A stretch of DNA of 59,791 nucleotides, counting the filler. It is 7 parts of 7 records of this genome, joined end to end, with 100 filler letters (N's around TTAATTAATTAA, not from the genome) between each part and the next. Parts side by side here need not be neighbours in the genome. Positions count along the whole stretch, not along the records: positions 1 to 15,092 come from SRR31156797_51367; 6 more parts are not named here. The stretch is one strand, 5' to 3'. Shown here in pieces: positions 1 through 8,483 of the stretch. The first letter of the stretch is position 1. Every line of letters begins with the position of its first letter. Both the position numbers and the translations under genes were made by a program. The notes below the pieces were generated by a model. It was not told the DNA's origin and ran no database searches. It saw only the letters and a program-made list of their open reading frames with translations.

Positions 1-1
1 C

Positions 2-463
2 AATCTCCTGGCTCTGAATGCGGCGATCGAAGCAGCCCGTGCCGGGGAGGCGGGCAAGGGCTTCGCCGTGGTGGCCTCGGAGGTTCGCAAGCTGGCCGAA
101 CGCAGCCAGAGTTCGGCCACCGAGATCAGCGAGCTCTCTTCTTCATCCGTGGATATCGCCATGAAGGCGGGAGACCTTCTGGATAAGCTGGTCCCCAGTA
201 TCAAAGAGACCGCCTCTCTGGTGAAGGAGATCAGCGCGGCCAGCGAAGAGCAGAGGACGGGGGTCGATCAGATCAATGCGGCCCTGTTGCAGCTGGACCG
301 CGTGGTGCAGCATAACGCTTCCTCCTCGGAGCAGATGGCCCATACCGCCTCCACATTGGATGATCAAGCGGAAAATCTGAACAAGATAATGAAGTACTTC
401 AAGGTTGATAATGATTCGGCCTTGCTGGATACCGCGTCCAAGAGCTTAGCGCTTCCCGGCTGA
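2..463 (+). CDS. Methyl-accepting chemotaxis protein, C-terminal part (5' truncated by window edge)
   Basis: Frame open from position 2; [35 protein letters not shown] is the MCP signalling hairpin signature. Confidence 0.95.
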   Translation, partial: NLLALNAAIEAARAGEAGKGFAVVASEVRKLAERSQSSATEISELSSSSVDIAMKAGDLLDKLVPSIKETASLVKEISAASEEQRTGVDQINAALLQLDRVVQHNASSSEQMAHTASTLDDQAENLNKIMKYFKVDNDSALLDTASKSLALPG

Positions 464-680
464 GAACGGAAGAGCTCTTACAAAGGGGGCGGACACTATT
501 CGATCCCGGCGGAGGAGTCCTTTCCCCCGGCAGCGTTCCCTCTGACGGCAATCCCGGTATGACAGGGATTGCCGTTTCTTTTCCCGGAGCGGAGCGTGGG
601 GGGAGACTGCTTCGGCGGGATCTCCTTCTTGCCACTTCGGCAGAGCGAATCACAATCTAAAAAGCTATATAGCCTCAGTA

Positions 681-710
681 TTGACATAAAAACGCTAAAA
701 AGCTTAAATA
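681..710 (+). promoter_or_regulatory. Putative sigma70-type promoter for the cyclase operon
   Basis: TTGACA at 681-686, then 17 nt, then TTAAAT at 704-709 in an AT-rich patch; palindrome AAAAGCGCTTTT follows at 717-728. Confidence 0.5.
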
Positions 711-883
711 GTGTTTAAAAGCGCTTTTGGTTTGAGGGTTATGTCTAATGCGCTGCTTTTGTGGGGAGGCCATCCGGATCAGGCGTCTCCCCCTCCGAAA
801 AGACAGGAAATAAACGATATGAGAAATAGAGGCACTGCAATGCATGACAGATCCGTCCGCCCTGTCGCAGCGGGGAATCCGCC

Positions 884-2725
884 ATGATTAAACGGAAGAA
901 CAACAGGGTCTCCTTTCCCCTTCATCTGCGTCTGGTCTTAATCATCCTGACCATCAATCTGACCGCCCTGGGCAGCATCATCTCCCTGGCCTCCCTCTTC
1001 TTTTTAAAAGACACGGAGATCCGGGTGGACGAGAACAATCAGAACATCGTGGGCATGACCGCCCGGCTTATGGAGAAAAACCTTTCGGTTCTGAGCAACA
1101 GCTCTCTGATGCTGTTGTTAGGGATGGGTACCGCCGAGCCGGGGGAGGCGGAGGCCTATGAGGAGTACTTTTTCGCCAACAATCCCGAGATCGTCTATGT
1201 GGGGATCCTCGATTCTAAGCTCCAGTACTTCAATGACGCCTATATCTACAGCCGCAAGCTCTCGCGGAACTTCATCCGGGATACGGTCGGCCGGAAGCGG
1301 GGCTACGCGGAACGGGCCCTGGAGGATGAACCGACGGTATTCGCCGCTTCGGCGGGGAGGAAGGAGCTCCTCACGGGGATCGTCGTTCCTTATCGGCAGG
1401 AACGGGAGCTCCGGGCCCTCTTCATCCTGGCCTCCCTGGAGACGGAATTCCGCGATATCGTCTCCTCGGAAGGGCGGAACGTCAGCTATATGATCAATGG
1501 CGAGGGGGAGGTCATCCTCCATAGCCGTAAGGATGCGCTTGCCGGAGAGACCGCCATGGAGCAGGATTATATCCGAGAGATCCTGAACTCCCCCTTCGGG
1601 ACCATTCAGATCCGGCGGCGGGAGGGGGACGAGGGCTATCTCTGCGCCGCCGACCGGGTGGATTTCGGCGATCTGACCGTGGTGACCGAGATCTCCGAGG
1701 GGGAGGCCTTCGAGGCGGTGTACGCCATCGAACGGCGGAATCGGATCATCTTCGCCATGGTCCTCACCCTGGTGGTGCTGGTGGTTTATTTCACATCCAA
1801 GACCGTGGCCCGTCCCATCCTGAGCCTGGCGGGGATCGCCGGACAGGTGGAGGTGGGCAACTATGAGGTGCCCATCGCCTCCCGCCGCCGGGACGAGATA
1901 GGACTCCTCTACGACTCCTTCAGCAAGATGGCTAAGGGGCTTAAGGAGAGGGAGCAGATCAAGGACGCCTTCGGCCGATTCGTCAATGAGGACGTGGTCG
2001 AACAGGCCGCCCGGGGGGCCTTGACCCTGGGAGGAGAGATGAAGTCGGCGGCGGTGTTCTTTTCGGACATCCGCTCCTTCACAGCCATCTCCGAGAACCT
2101 GGAGCCCACGGAGGTGGTGGAGTTCCTCAACCAGTACATGACCCGCATGGTGGACTGCGTGGTCGAGACCGGGGGGGTGGTGGACAAGTTCATCGGCGAT
2201 GCGATCATGGCCCTCTGGGGGCTGCCCCTCTCCCATGGGAACGATGTGGAGAATGCGGTGGACGGGGCTTTGAGGATGAGGCGGGCTCTGCTGGAGTTTA
2301 ATATCGGCCGGGGTTCGCCGAAAAGGCCGGTGATCCGCATCGGCTGCGGTATCAGCTATGGTCCCCTGATCTCGGGGCAGATCGGATCGGTCTCCCGCAT
2401 GGAGTACACCGTCATCGGGGATACGGTGAATCTGGCCTCCCGCATAGAGTCCCTCAACAAGTCTCTGGGGACCGATATCCTGATCTCGGAAGAAGCATAT
2501 AAGCGGGTGGAAGGGCTCTTCCGGGTGGTGCCGATGGAGCGGATCCGGGTAAAGGGCAAGAGCGAGGCCATCAAGATCTATGCGGTTCTCGGGCGGCGGG
2601 AGGACGAGGCGGCCCCCCGGAGCCTGGAAGAGCTGCGGGCCCTGGTGGGGATCGAAGCCCCGGCGTCCCCGAGAGGGCTCGCCGCCAGCTCCCGAATCCT
2701 CCGGGAAGGGCAGGTCCTGAGATGA
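884..2725 (+). CDS. Membrane-bound class III adenylate cyclase (TM, Cache-like sensor, TM, HAMP, cyclase)
   Basis: Two TM segments, HAMP-like RRDEIGLL, cyclase motifs FSDIRSFT, DKFIGDAIM and GDTVNLASRIE. Confidence 0.93.
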   Translation: MIKRKNNRVSFPLHLRLVLIILTINLTALGSIISLASLFFLKDTEIRVDENNQNIVGMTARLMEKNLSVLSNSSLMLLLGMGTAEPGEAEAYEEYFFANNPEIVYVGILDSKLQYFNDAYIYSRKLSRNFIRDTVGRKRGYAERALEDEPTVFAASAGRKELLTGIVVPYRQERELRALFILASLETEFRDIVSSEGRNVSYMINGEGEVILHSRKDALAGETAMEQDYIREILNSPFGTIQIRRREGDEGYLCAADRVDFGDLTVVTEISEGEAFEAVYAIERRNRIIFAMVLTLVVLVVYFTSKTVARPILSLAGIAGQVEVGNYEVPIASRRRDEIGLLYDSFSKMAKGLKEREQIKDAFGRFVNEDVVEQAARGALTLGGEMKSAAVFFSDIRSFTAISENLEPTEVVEFLNQYMTRMVDCVVETGGVVDKFIGDAIMALWGLPLSHGNDVENAVDGALRMRRALLEFNIGRGSPKRPVIRIGCGISYGPLISGQIGSVSRMEYTVIGDTVNLASRIESLNKSLGTDILISEEAYKRVEGLFRVVPMERIRVKGKSEAIKIYAVLGRREDEAAPRSLEELRALVGIEAPASPRGLAASSRILREGQVLR

Positions 2726-5190
2726 AGGTCTCGATCAGGGAGTTCTTCTTCCTGCTCCTCTGCCTGGTTCTCTTTGCCACTCTGGGAGCGCTGCTCTACC
2801 GGGATTTGAACGCCTCCCTCCTGAGCGAAGGGGATGCTATGGCCTCTCTGGGCTCCAGGAGCATCCGGGTACAGCGCAGCTCCGCGTCAAGCTCCCTCTG
2901 GGGAGCGGTCTCTCCGGGGGCGGCCCTCTACGACGGCGACGGCATCCGAACCTCCGAGGGGGCGGAGGCGGAGCTGGTCTTCAGCGACGACTCCCGGATC
3001 CATATGCGGGCGAATACCATGATCACCGTCGAGCGGCAGGGGGAGGAGAGTCAGGTGGTTCTGAATACGGGCTTCCTCTCCCTGGTCTGTACCCAGGGCT
3101 CGGGAAATCTGACCCTCCGCTCCGGGGATACCCTGATCTCCCTGGACGAGGGGGAGCTGACCATGGGGAGGGGGCAGGACGGAGAGCTGCAGGTCGCCGT
3201 AGAGGAGGGCTGCGCCCGGGTTTCCCGGGGGGACTGCTCCGTAGAGCTGAGCCCCCGGGACGCCCTGGACTTTGGGGAGGACGGGAAACTGAGCCTCCGG
3301 CAGAGGCAGATCTTCCTCCAGGAGCCGAAGCCCGACATCCTCCTGTTCAGCGAGGGGGAGGAGTCGGACATCCCCTTCCGCTGGGAGGCGCCGCCGGCCC
3401 TCGCCCTCCGTCTGGAGATCGCCGGAGACCGGGAGTTCTCCCGGCCCCTGATCAGCCTGGAGGTCCGCGAAGGGCGGCAGATCAGCTGCCGCCTGGCCCC
3501 GGGGGAGTATTTCTGGCGGATCTCATCGGCCGAGGAATCGACCCTGCCCCGCCGTCTGGTCCTGGCCCCCTCCGCCTCGCCGCGGATGCTCTCTCCCTCG
3601 TCCGGCGCCCTCCTCGAGTATAACGGCTCCCGTCCCCGGGTCCGTTTCCGCTGGCAGGAGGAGGCTCCCGGCAATCGCTACCAGCTGGAGATCGCTGCGG
3701 AACCGGGGATGACCCAGCCTCTCTTTTCGGAGCATCTGGAGAAGAATCCCTTCTCCTGGCTCCCCCCCGGGGACGGTCCCTACTACCTGCGGATACGGGC
3801 CAGTTACGGCAACCTGGGATACGGCCCCTATTCGGAGCTCCTCCGCTTCTCCCTGGCTCCCCGGAGGGCGCTCCTCCCGTCCCATATCTTCTCCCCCGCT
3901 CCCGGAGAGGTCTTCGCCGACGGCAGCGAGGGGATCGAGTTTGCCTGGGAAGCCGTAGAAGGGAGCGGAGCCTATCGCCTGGAGATCGCCCGGGATCCGG
4001 AGTTCCGGGATTACCGGAGCCTTACGACTGCCGAGCAGACGATCCTGCGCGAGCCCCTGGCGCCTGGGCGCTACTACTGGCGCGTCAGGGCGGGGACGGG
4101 CGAGGAGGACTGGGGGCCCCCTTCCGCCTCCCGGAGCTTTCGCATCTTCAAGGCGGAGGAACCCTTGGCCCTCCTGTCTCCCGGTCCGGAGGAGAGGCTC
4201 AGTCCGGCGGAGCCGGTTCGCTTCGCCTGGGACGGTCCGAGGGAGGGCGCCGCCTACCGATTCCGCCTCTTCATCTGCGGCCCCGAGGGGGAAGCTCTGC
4301 TGACCGAGCGCGTTCTGGACGGGAGGGAAACGACCTTCCCCTTTCTCCCCGCCGGTGCGTACCGCTGGGATATGGCTCTGAGCCTGGGGGGTGGGGTGTG
4401 GGGCGAGGCCTCCTCTTCCCGCAGCTTTAAGATCGAAGCGCCGCTTGCGGCTTCGGGCGGCGTTGCCGTTTCGGATCCGGCCCCGCGTCTCATCGCCCCT
4501 CCCGAGGGCTTCACGCTCTCTTCCTGGGAGATCCGGAAGGAAGGCCTCCGATTCCGCTGGGACGACCGGGGGAGCGGGGAGGGCGGAAATCTGATCCTTC
4601 GCAAGGCGGACGAACCGGATACCCTTCCGGTACGCTACGACATCGCCGGGAAAAATGAGATGGTCCTCTACGACCTCTCCCCCGGCCGATACGACTGGCG
4701 TATGGAGATCCCCGCGCTTTCCGACACCTTCCCGGAAGCCGGCGGTTTCCGCCGCTTGGTCGTGACCGGAGAGGGCTTGCCCTCTCCGGTTTTCCTCAGT
4801 CCCGGGAAAGGGGAAAGCCTTTCCCGGGAGGACGGGATGGATCTTGAGCTCCGCTGGCGCTCGGGGAGGGGCGGGTCCGGGGAGGAGCGCTACGCCCTGG
4901 CCCTCTGGAAGAGGGACGAGAGCGGGGAGGAGCGTCTGCTCTTGATGGAAACGGATCTTCGCACAGAGAATCTGAGTCTGGATCTTCCAGGGGAAGGGGA
5001 GTATTACGGCCGTTTGACGGCCTCCCAGTACAATCCCCGTTTGGATATCTATCGGGAGAGTTCGCCCGCAGAGTTCAGCTTCGCCCTGGGGGGAGGGGAG
5101 GCGGAGGTCCCGGCGTCGGCCGCCCCCGCCTCGTCGATCATCATTAAGACCCCTCTCCGGCAGTTTGAGCTGGGGGGCTCCTATGACTAA
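2722..5190 (+). CDS. FecR-domain protein with tandem Fn3/Ig-like repeats
   Basis: N-terminal TM, FecR-like LYDGDGIRT..AELVFSDDSRI, repeated W..YxLEIAxDxEF..LxPGxYxWR modules; ATGA overlap with the cyclase stop. Confidence 0.75.
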   Translation: MKVSIREFFFLLLCLVLFATLGALLYRDLNASLLSEGDAMASLGSRSIRVQRSSASSSLWGAVSPGAALYDGDGIRTSEGAEAELVFSDDSRIHMRANTMITVERQGEESQVVLNTGFLSLVCTQGSGNLTLRSGDTLISLDEGELTMGRGQDGELQVAVEEGCARVSRGDCSVELSPRDALDFGEDGKLSLRQRQIFLQEPKPDILLFSEGEESDIPFRWEAPPALALRLEIAGDREFSRPLISLEVREGRQISCRLAPGEYFWRISSAEESTLPRRLVLAPSASPRMLSPSSGALLEYNGSRPRVRFRWQEEAPGNRYQLEIAAEPGMTQPLFSEHLEKNPFSWLPPGDGPYYLRIRASYGNLGYGPYSELLRFSLAPRRALLPSHIFSPAPGEVFADGSEGIEFAWEAVEGSGAYRLEIARDPEFRDYRSLTTAEQTILREPLAPGRYYWRVRAGTGEEDWGPPSASRSFRIFKAEEPLALLSPGPEERLSPAEPVRFAWDGPREGAAYRFRLFICGPEGEALLTERVLDGRETTFPFLPAGAYRWDMALSLGGGVWGEASSSRSFKIEAPLAASGGVAVSDPAPRLIAPPEGFTLSSWEIRKEGLRFRWDDRGSGEGGNLILRKADEPDTLPVRYDIAGKNEMVLYDLSPGRYDWRMEIPALSDTFPEAGGFRRLVVTGEGLPSPVFLSPGKGESLSREDGMDLELRWRSGRGGSGEERYALALWKRDESGEERLLLMETDLRTENLSLDLPGEGEYYGRLTASQYNPRLDIYRESSPAEFSFALGGGEAEVPASAAPASSIIIKTPLRQFELGGSYD

Positions 5191-6019
5191 GGCGCCTATT
5201 GTTTTCCTTCTTTCCTCCCTCCTGGCCGGCATCCTGTCCGCCGGGGAGCGGGAGCCCTTCCTCCTGGAGTGGAGCCCTGTGGAGGATGCCGCCGCCTACC
5301 GTCTCCTGCTGAAGCCATCGCCGGGCTCCGATCTTCTGAGCCTCGGCTGCAGCGGGAGCTCTACGCCCCTCTACTTCCCCACCGGCTCCTACCGCTTTCG
5401 CCTGGAGGCTCTGGATGCCGAGGAACAAAGGATCTTCAGAAGCGACTGGCATGATCTGGAGATTCTCGCTCCCTCCGCCTCAGGAGGAGGGGCTTCCCTT
5501 TTGGGCATCAAGGCGGCCTATGCGGGGGCCTTCTCCCTTCCCGGCAGCCGTCTGGGTCTGGAGGAGGGGGAACCGGAGTCCTTCCGACCTCTCGGGGCGG
5601 AGCTCGCCCTGGACATGCGGGTCGGGGAGCGCCTCTTTCCCCGCCGTCCCGCCTTCCAGCCCTGGAGGGTCGAATTCTTCGCTGCCTACGCCGCCCGGAA
5701 GGAGGAAGGGGGAGCGGGTCTGATGCAGACCGTCCGCAGCGGTACGGGCCTGGGTTACCGCTTCTGGAACGAGCGCCGGATCAGTCTGGAGCTGGGGCTC
5801 CGCTTCGGCTGCGCCCTCTTCCTCTCCAGCTTCCGGGGGGAGGATGCCGCCGCCCTGACGGTCCACGGTACCTTCCTCTCTCTCCCGGCGACGTTATTTG
5901 TCTCCGGCCGCGGACCCTGGTTCTGGGGGATCGGCGCCGAGGGTATCCATCATTTCCTGCCGGGAGAGCAGTACTGGCGGCAGATCTCGGTCAAGGCCCT
6001 CGGAGGGCTGCGGCTGTGA
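5183..6019 (+). CDS. Exported protein with one Fn3-like module and a putative C-terminal outer-membrane beta-barrel
   Basis: ATG at 5183 overlaps the upstream stop; signal peptide; LEWSPV..AYRL..FPTGSYRFRLEALD; alternating Gly/aromatic strands to the C-terminus. Confidence 0.55.
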   Translation: MTKAPIVFLLSSLLAGILSAGEREPFLLEWSPVEDAAAYRLLLKPSPGSDLLSLGCSGSSTPLYFPTGSYRFRLEALDAEEQRIFRSDWHDLEILAPSASGGGASLLGIKAAYAGAFSLPGSRLGLEEGEPESFRPLGAELALDMRVGERLFPRRPAFQPWRVEFFAAYAARKEEGGAGLMQTVRSGTGLGYRFWNERRISLELGLRFGCALFLSSFRGEDAAALTVHGTFLSLPATLFVSGRGPWFWGIGAEGIHHFLPGEQYWRQISVKALGGLRL

Positions 6020-6798
6020 AGGGGTTGCGCTGTCTCCTGCTGCCGGTCCTGTGGATCTGCTCCGGCCTTCCGGGGCTGAGCGCTCCCCTTGAGCAGGGCT
6101 TGGGCTGGGAGGGTCCCGCCGCCGCAGTCTCTTATAGGGTGGAGCTCTGGGAGGAGGGAGGAGGCCTCCTGATAGATCTGGAGACCGGGTCCTGCGCCCT
6201 GCCCCTTGACCTTCCTCCCGGGCTATACCGCTACCGGATCAGCGCCTTCGATAAAGAGGGGGGGCTGCTGGACGCCTCTGTTCTTCAGGATCTGGTGATC
6301 CGTCCCCGCCCCGGAACCGGCCTTCGCCTGGGGCTCTACTACCCCCTGCTCCTCCACTTCGATGGGGCTTACCCGGGGCGGCCCTACCTTTCCGGGGGAG
6401 GGCTGGGGGCTGAAGGGCTGTTCTTCTGGGGCGGCGGGATCCCCGTTCTGCGGCGTATGGGCGCCGCCCTGGTCCTGGAGGGACAGGGAGCCTGGGCTGA
6501 GACAGCCGGAGAGGAGGCCCTTTTCCCTTTCCTCTTCTCCCTCCACGGCCGGGTCTATTACCGGGGGCCCTTCCTCCGTTCGCCCCTCAACTTCGGTCTC
6601 TTCGCAGGATCGGGGATGGGCTGGTCGTCGGAGGGGAGTGAGGATCCCGTGGGGATCTTCTCCTGCGGAGGGGAGCTGCTCTTCCGCCTCGGCCCGCGGC
6701 TGGGTCTGAGCCTCGGGGCAGAGGGGCGCTGGTATCAGCTCCCCCGCAGCCTGGCTTCCGGCCTCCTCCTCCGGGCGGGAGGAGTCTTCCTGTTGTGA
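6016..6798 (+). CDS. Exported protein with the same architecture as 5183..6019 (Fn3-like module plus putative beta-barrel)
   Basis: GTGA overlap; signal peptide; LGWEG..SYRVEL..LPPGLYRYRISAFD; amphipathic beta strands. Confidence 0.55.
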   Translation: MKGLRCLLLPVLWICSGLPGLSAPLEQGLGWEGPAAAVSYRVELWEEGGGLLIDLETGSCALPLDLPPGLYRYRISAFDKEGGLLDASVLQDLVIRPRPGTGLRLGLYYPLLLHFDGAYPGRPYLSGGGLGAEGLFFWGGGIPVLRRMGAALVLEGQGAWAETAGEEALFPFLFSLHGRVYYRGPFLRSPLNFGLFAGSGMGWSSEGSEDPVGIFSCGGELLFRLGPRLGLSLGAEGRWYQLPRSLASGLLLRAGGVFLL

Positions 6799-6827
6799 GA
6801 GATGATTGTGTACGGAGAATCATAAGG

Positions 6828-8327
6828 GTGAAGCTGTCCATCCTCCTTTGCGGGAGCCTCGCTCTGTTCCTGGCGGGGTGCCGGGAGGCCGGTACTGTTC
6901 TGCCTGAAGAGCGGGAGGTTCTGATCTCCCTGGATATCTCCTCGGGCGAGACGGGAAGCCTTCCCGCCGTGACTCTTCAGGTTCCCCCCGGGGAGTCCGC
7001 AGCACCCTTGGCCCTCTCCCTCCTTTCCCATGACGGGACAGCCCGCCCCATTGCCCTTCAGAACATCCGTTACCGGGGAACGGGGCTTACGGTGAACGGG
7101 TGGAAGTATGAGGACCATCCCCTGATTTTGAGCGCCGAGGCCGCCGCCGAGGATATCCGGATCAAGGTCTTCCACAGCTCGGGCTACTACAGCCCCTACA
7201 GCCTGCTGATCGATTTCAATGCCCGCCTCGCCGTCCCCGGGGGATTGGCGGCGCAGCAGCAGGAGCGGATCAAGCTCCGTTTGGACTGGGATCCGGTCCC
7301 CCAGGCGGAGGGCTATGTTCTTTACCGGAGCCACAACGGTTCTGAGGAGGAGGTCTACCGGGGCCCGGACAACGCCTTCCTCGACGAGAATCTGCGCTAC
7401 GATCGGAGCTACGCCTACAGCGTCGAGGCCTACAATGCCGTCTCCCGCAGCGATCGTTCGGCCGTGGTGAGCGTTTCGACGGGCCTGCCGGAGCGGGAGA
7501 GCGTCGTGCTTCAGGGGGGGAGCCCCAGCTTCGATATGATCCTATGTCCCGGCGGGACGCCCCCCCTGGGGATCGACGATCTCGGGAGCGCCGTGCTGGA
7601 GCCCTTCTGGATCGCCGAAACCGAGCTTTCCTATGAGATCTGGTACGAGGTGCGATCCTGGGGCGGCGGAGCCCCAGGGTATTCCATAAACTATGCCGGG
7701 ACCCCCGGCGACTCCTTTCCGTCCGGGGTCGCTCCGACCCCCGCGAACGCCTCCCTGCCGGTGAGCAGCATCACCTGGAACGACGCGGTGGTGTTCTGCA
7801 ATACCCTCACCGCCTACTACAACGCCCTGATCCGTCCCGCCCAGCCTTTGAGCTTCGTCTACTTTACCAACGTCGGATTGAGCACGGTCTATAACGACTC
7901 CTTCGGTCCCATCGCGGTCTATGCGGATCCCGATGCCACGGGCTTCCGTTTGCTCGGGGCCGAGGAATGGGAGGCCGCCGCCCGCTTCATCAACGGGACG
8001 ATCTGGAACAGGGGGGGACACGTGAGCGGCGACGAGGAGGGGCCGGCGGGAGTAAGCCCCCATTGGGACGATTACGTTTCCATCCTGGGAGGGAATATCG
8101 CAGATATAGCGACGGCCTTACCCAACGCCCTGGGGCTTTACGATATGAGCGGGAACGTCAAGGAGTGGTGTTTCGAGGCGGACCCTTCCAATCCCTCGAA
8201 GCAGATGATCAGAGGGGGAGACGTACAGGGCGGGACCGGCCTGAAACTCGCCGAATTCGGATACGTGGGGACGATGATTCAGCAGAACCGAGGCGGTATA
8301 CGGCTGGGCCGGAGCGCTGCGCCTTAA
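6828..8327 (+). CDS. Lipoprotein with Fn3 domain and FGE-sulfatase (C-type-lectin-fold) domain
   Basis: GTG start gives MKLSILL..LAGC lipobox; Fn3-like WDPV..GYVLYR..YSVEAYN; FGE motifs FWIAETE, PVSSITWNDA, FRLLxxEEWEAAAR, PNALGLYDMSGNVKEWC. Confidence 0.85.
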   Translation: MKLSILLCGSLALFLAGCREAGTVLPEEREVLISLDISSGETGSLPAVTLQVPPGESAAPLALSLLSHDGTARPIALQNIRYRGTGLTVNGWKYEDHPLILSAEAAAEDIRIKVFHSSGYYSPYSLLIDFNARLAVPGGLAAQQQERIKLRLDWDPVPQAEGYVLYRSHNGSEEEVYRGPDNAFLDENLRYDRSYAYSVEAYNAVSRSDRSAVVSVSTGLPERESVVLQGGSPSFDMILCPGGTPPLGIDDLGSAVLEPFWIAETELSYEIWYEVRSWGGGAPGYSINYAGTPGDSFPSGVAPTPANASLPVSSITWNDAVVFCNTLTAYYNALIRPAQPLSFVYFTNVGLSTVYNDSFGPIAVYADPDATGFRLLGAEEWEAAARFINGTIWNRGGHVSGDEEGPAGVSPHWDDYVSILGGNIADIATALPNALGLYDMSGNVKEWCFEADPSNPSKQMIRGGDVQGGTGLKLAEFGYVGTMIQQNRGGIRLGRSAAP

Positions 8328-8483
8328 AAGATCGAAAAGGCGCAAGGCCTTCCGATAGGGGAGGGGGGTCGTCTTAAGGAGATAAAGGCAGGTTTGGGAC
8401 AGCTCGTTCCTCCATCGCCAGGGGCCCCGGCGGAATCATGCCTTCACGACGGTTGCTGCAAGCTCTATCCGCTCTGTGCCGAT

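Noticed and set aside
6828-8480. Complete diversity-generating retroelement
   Set aside because: No reverse transcriptase, avd gene or template repeat was seen in the contig.
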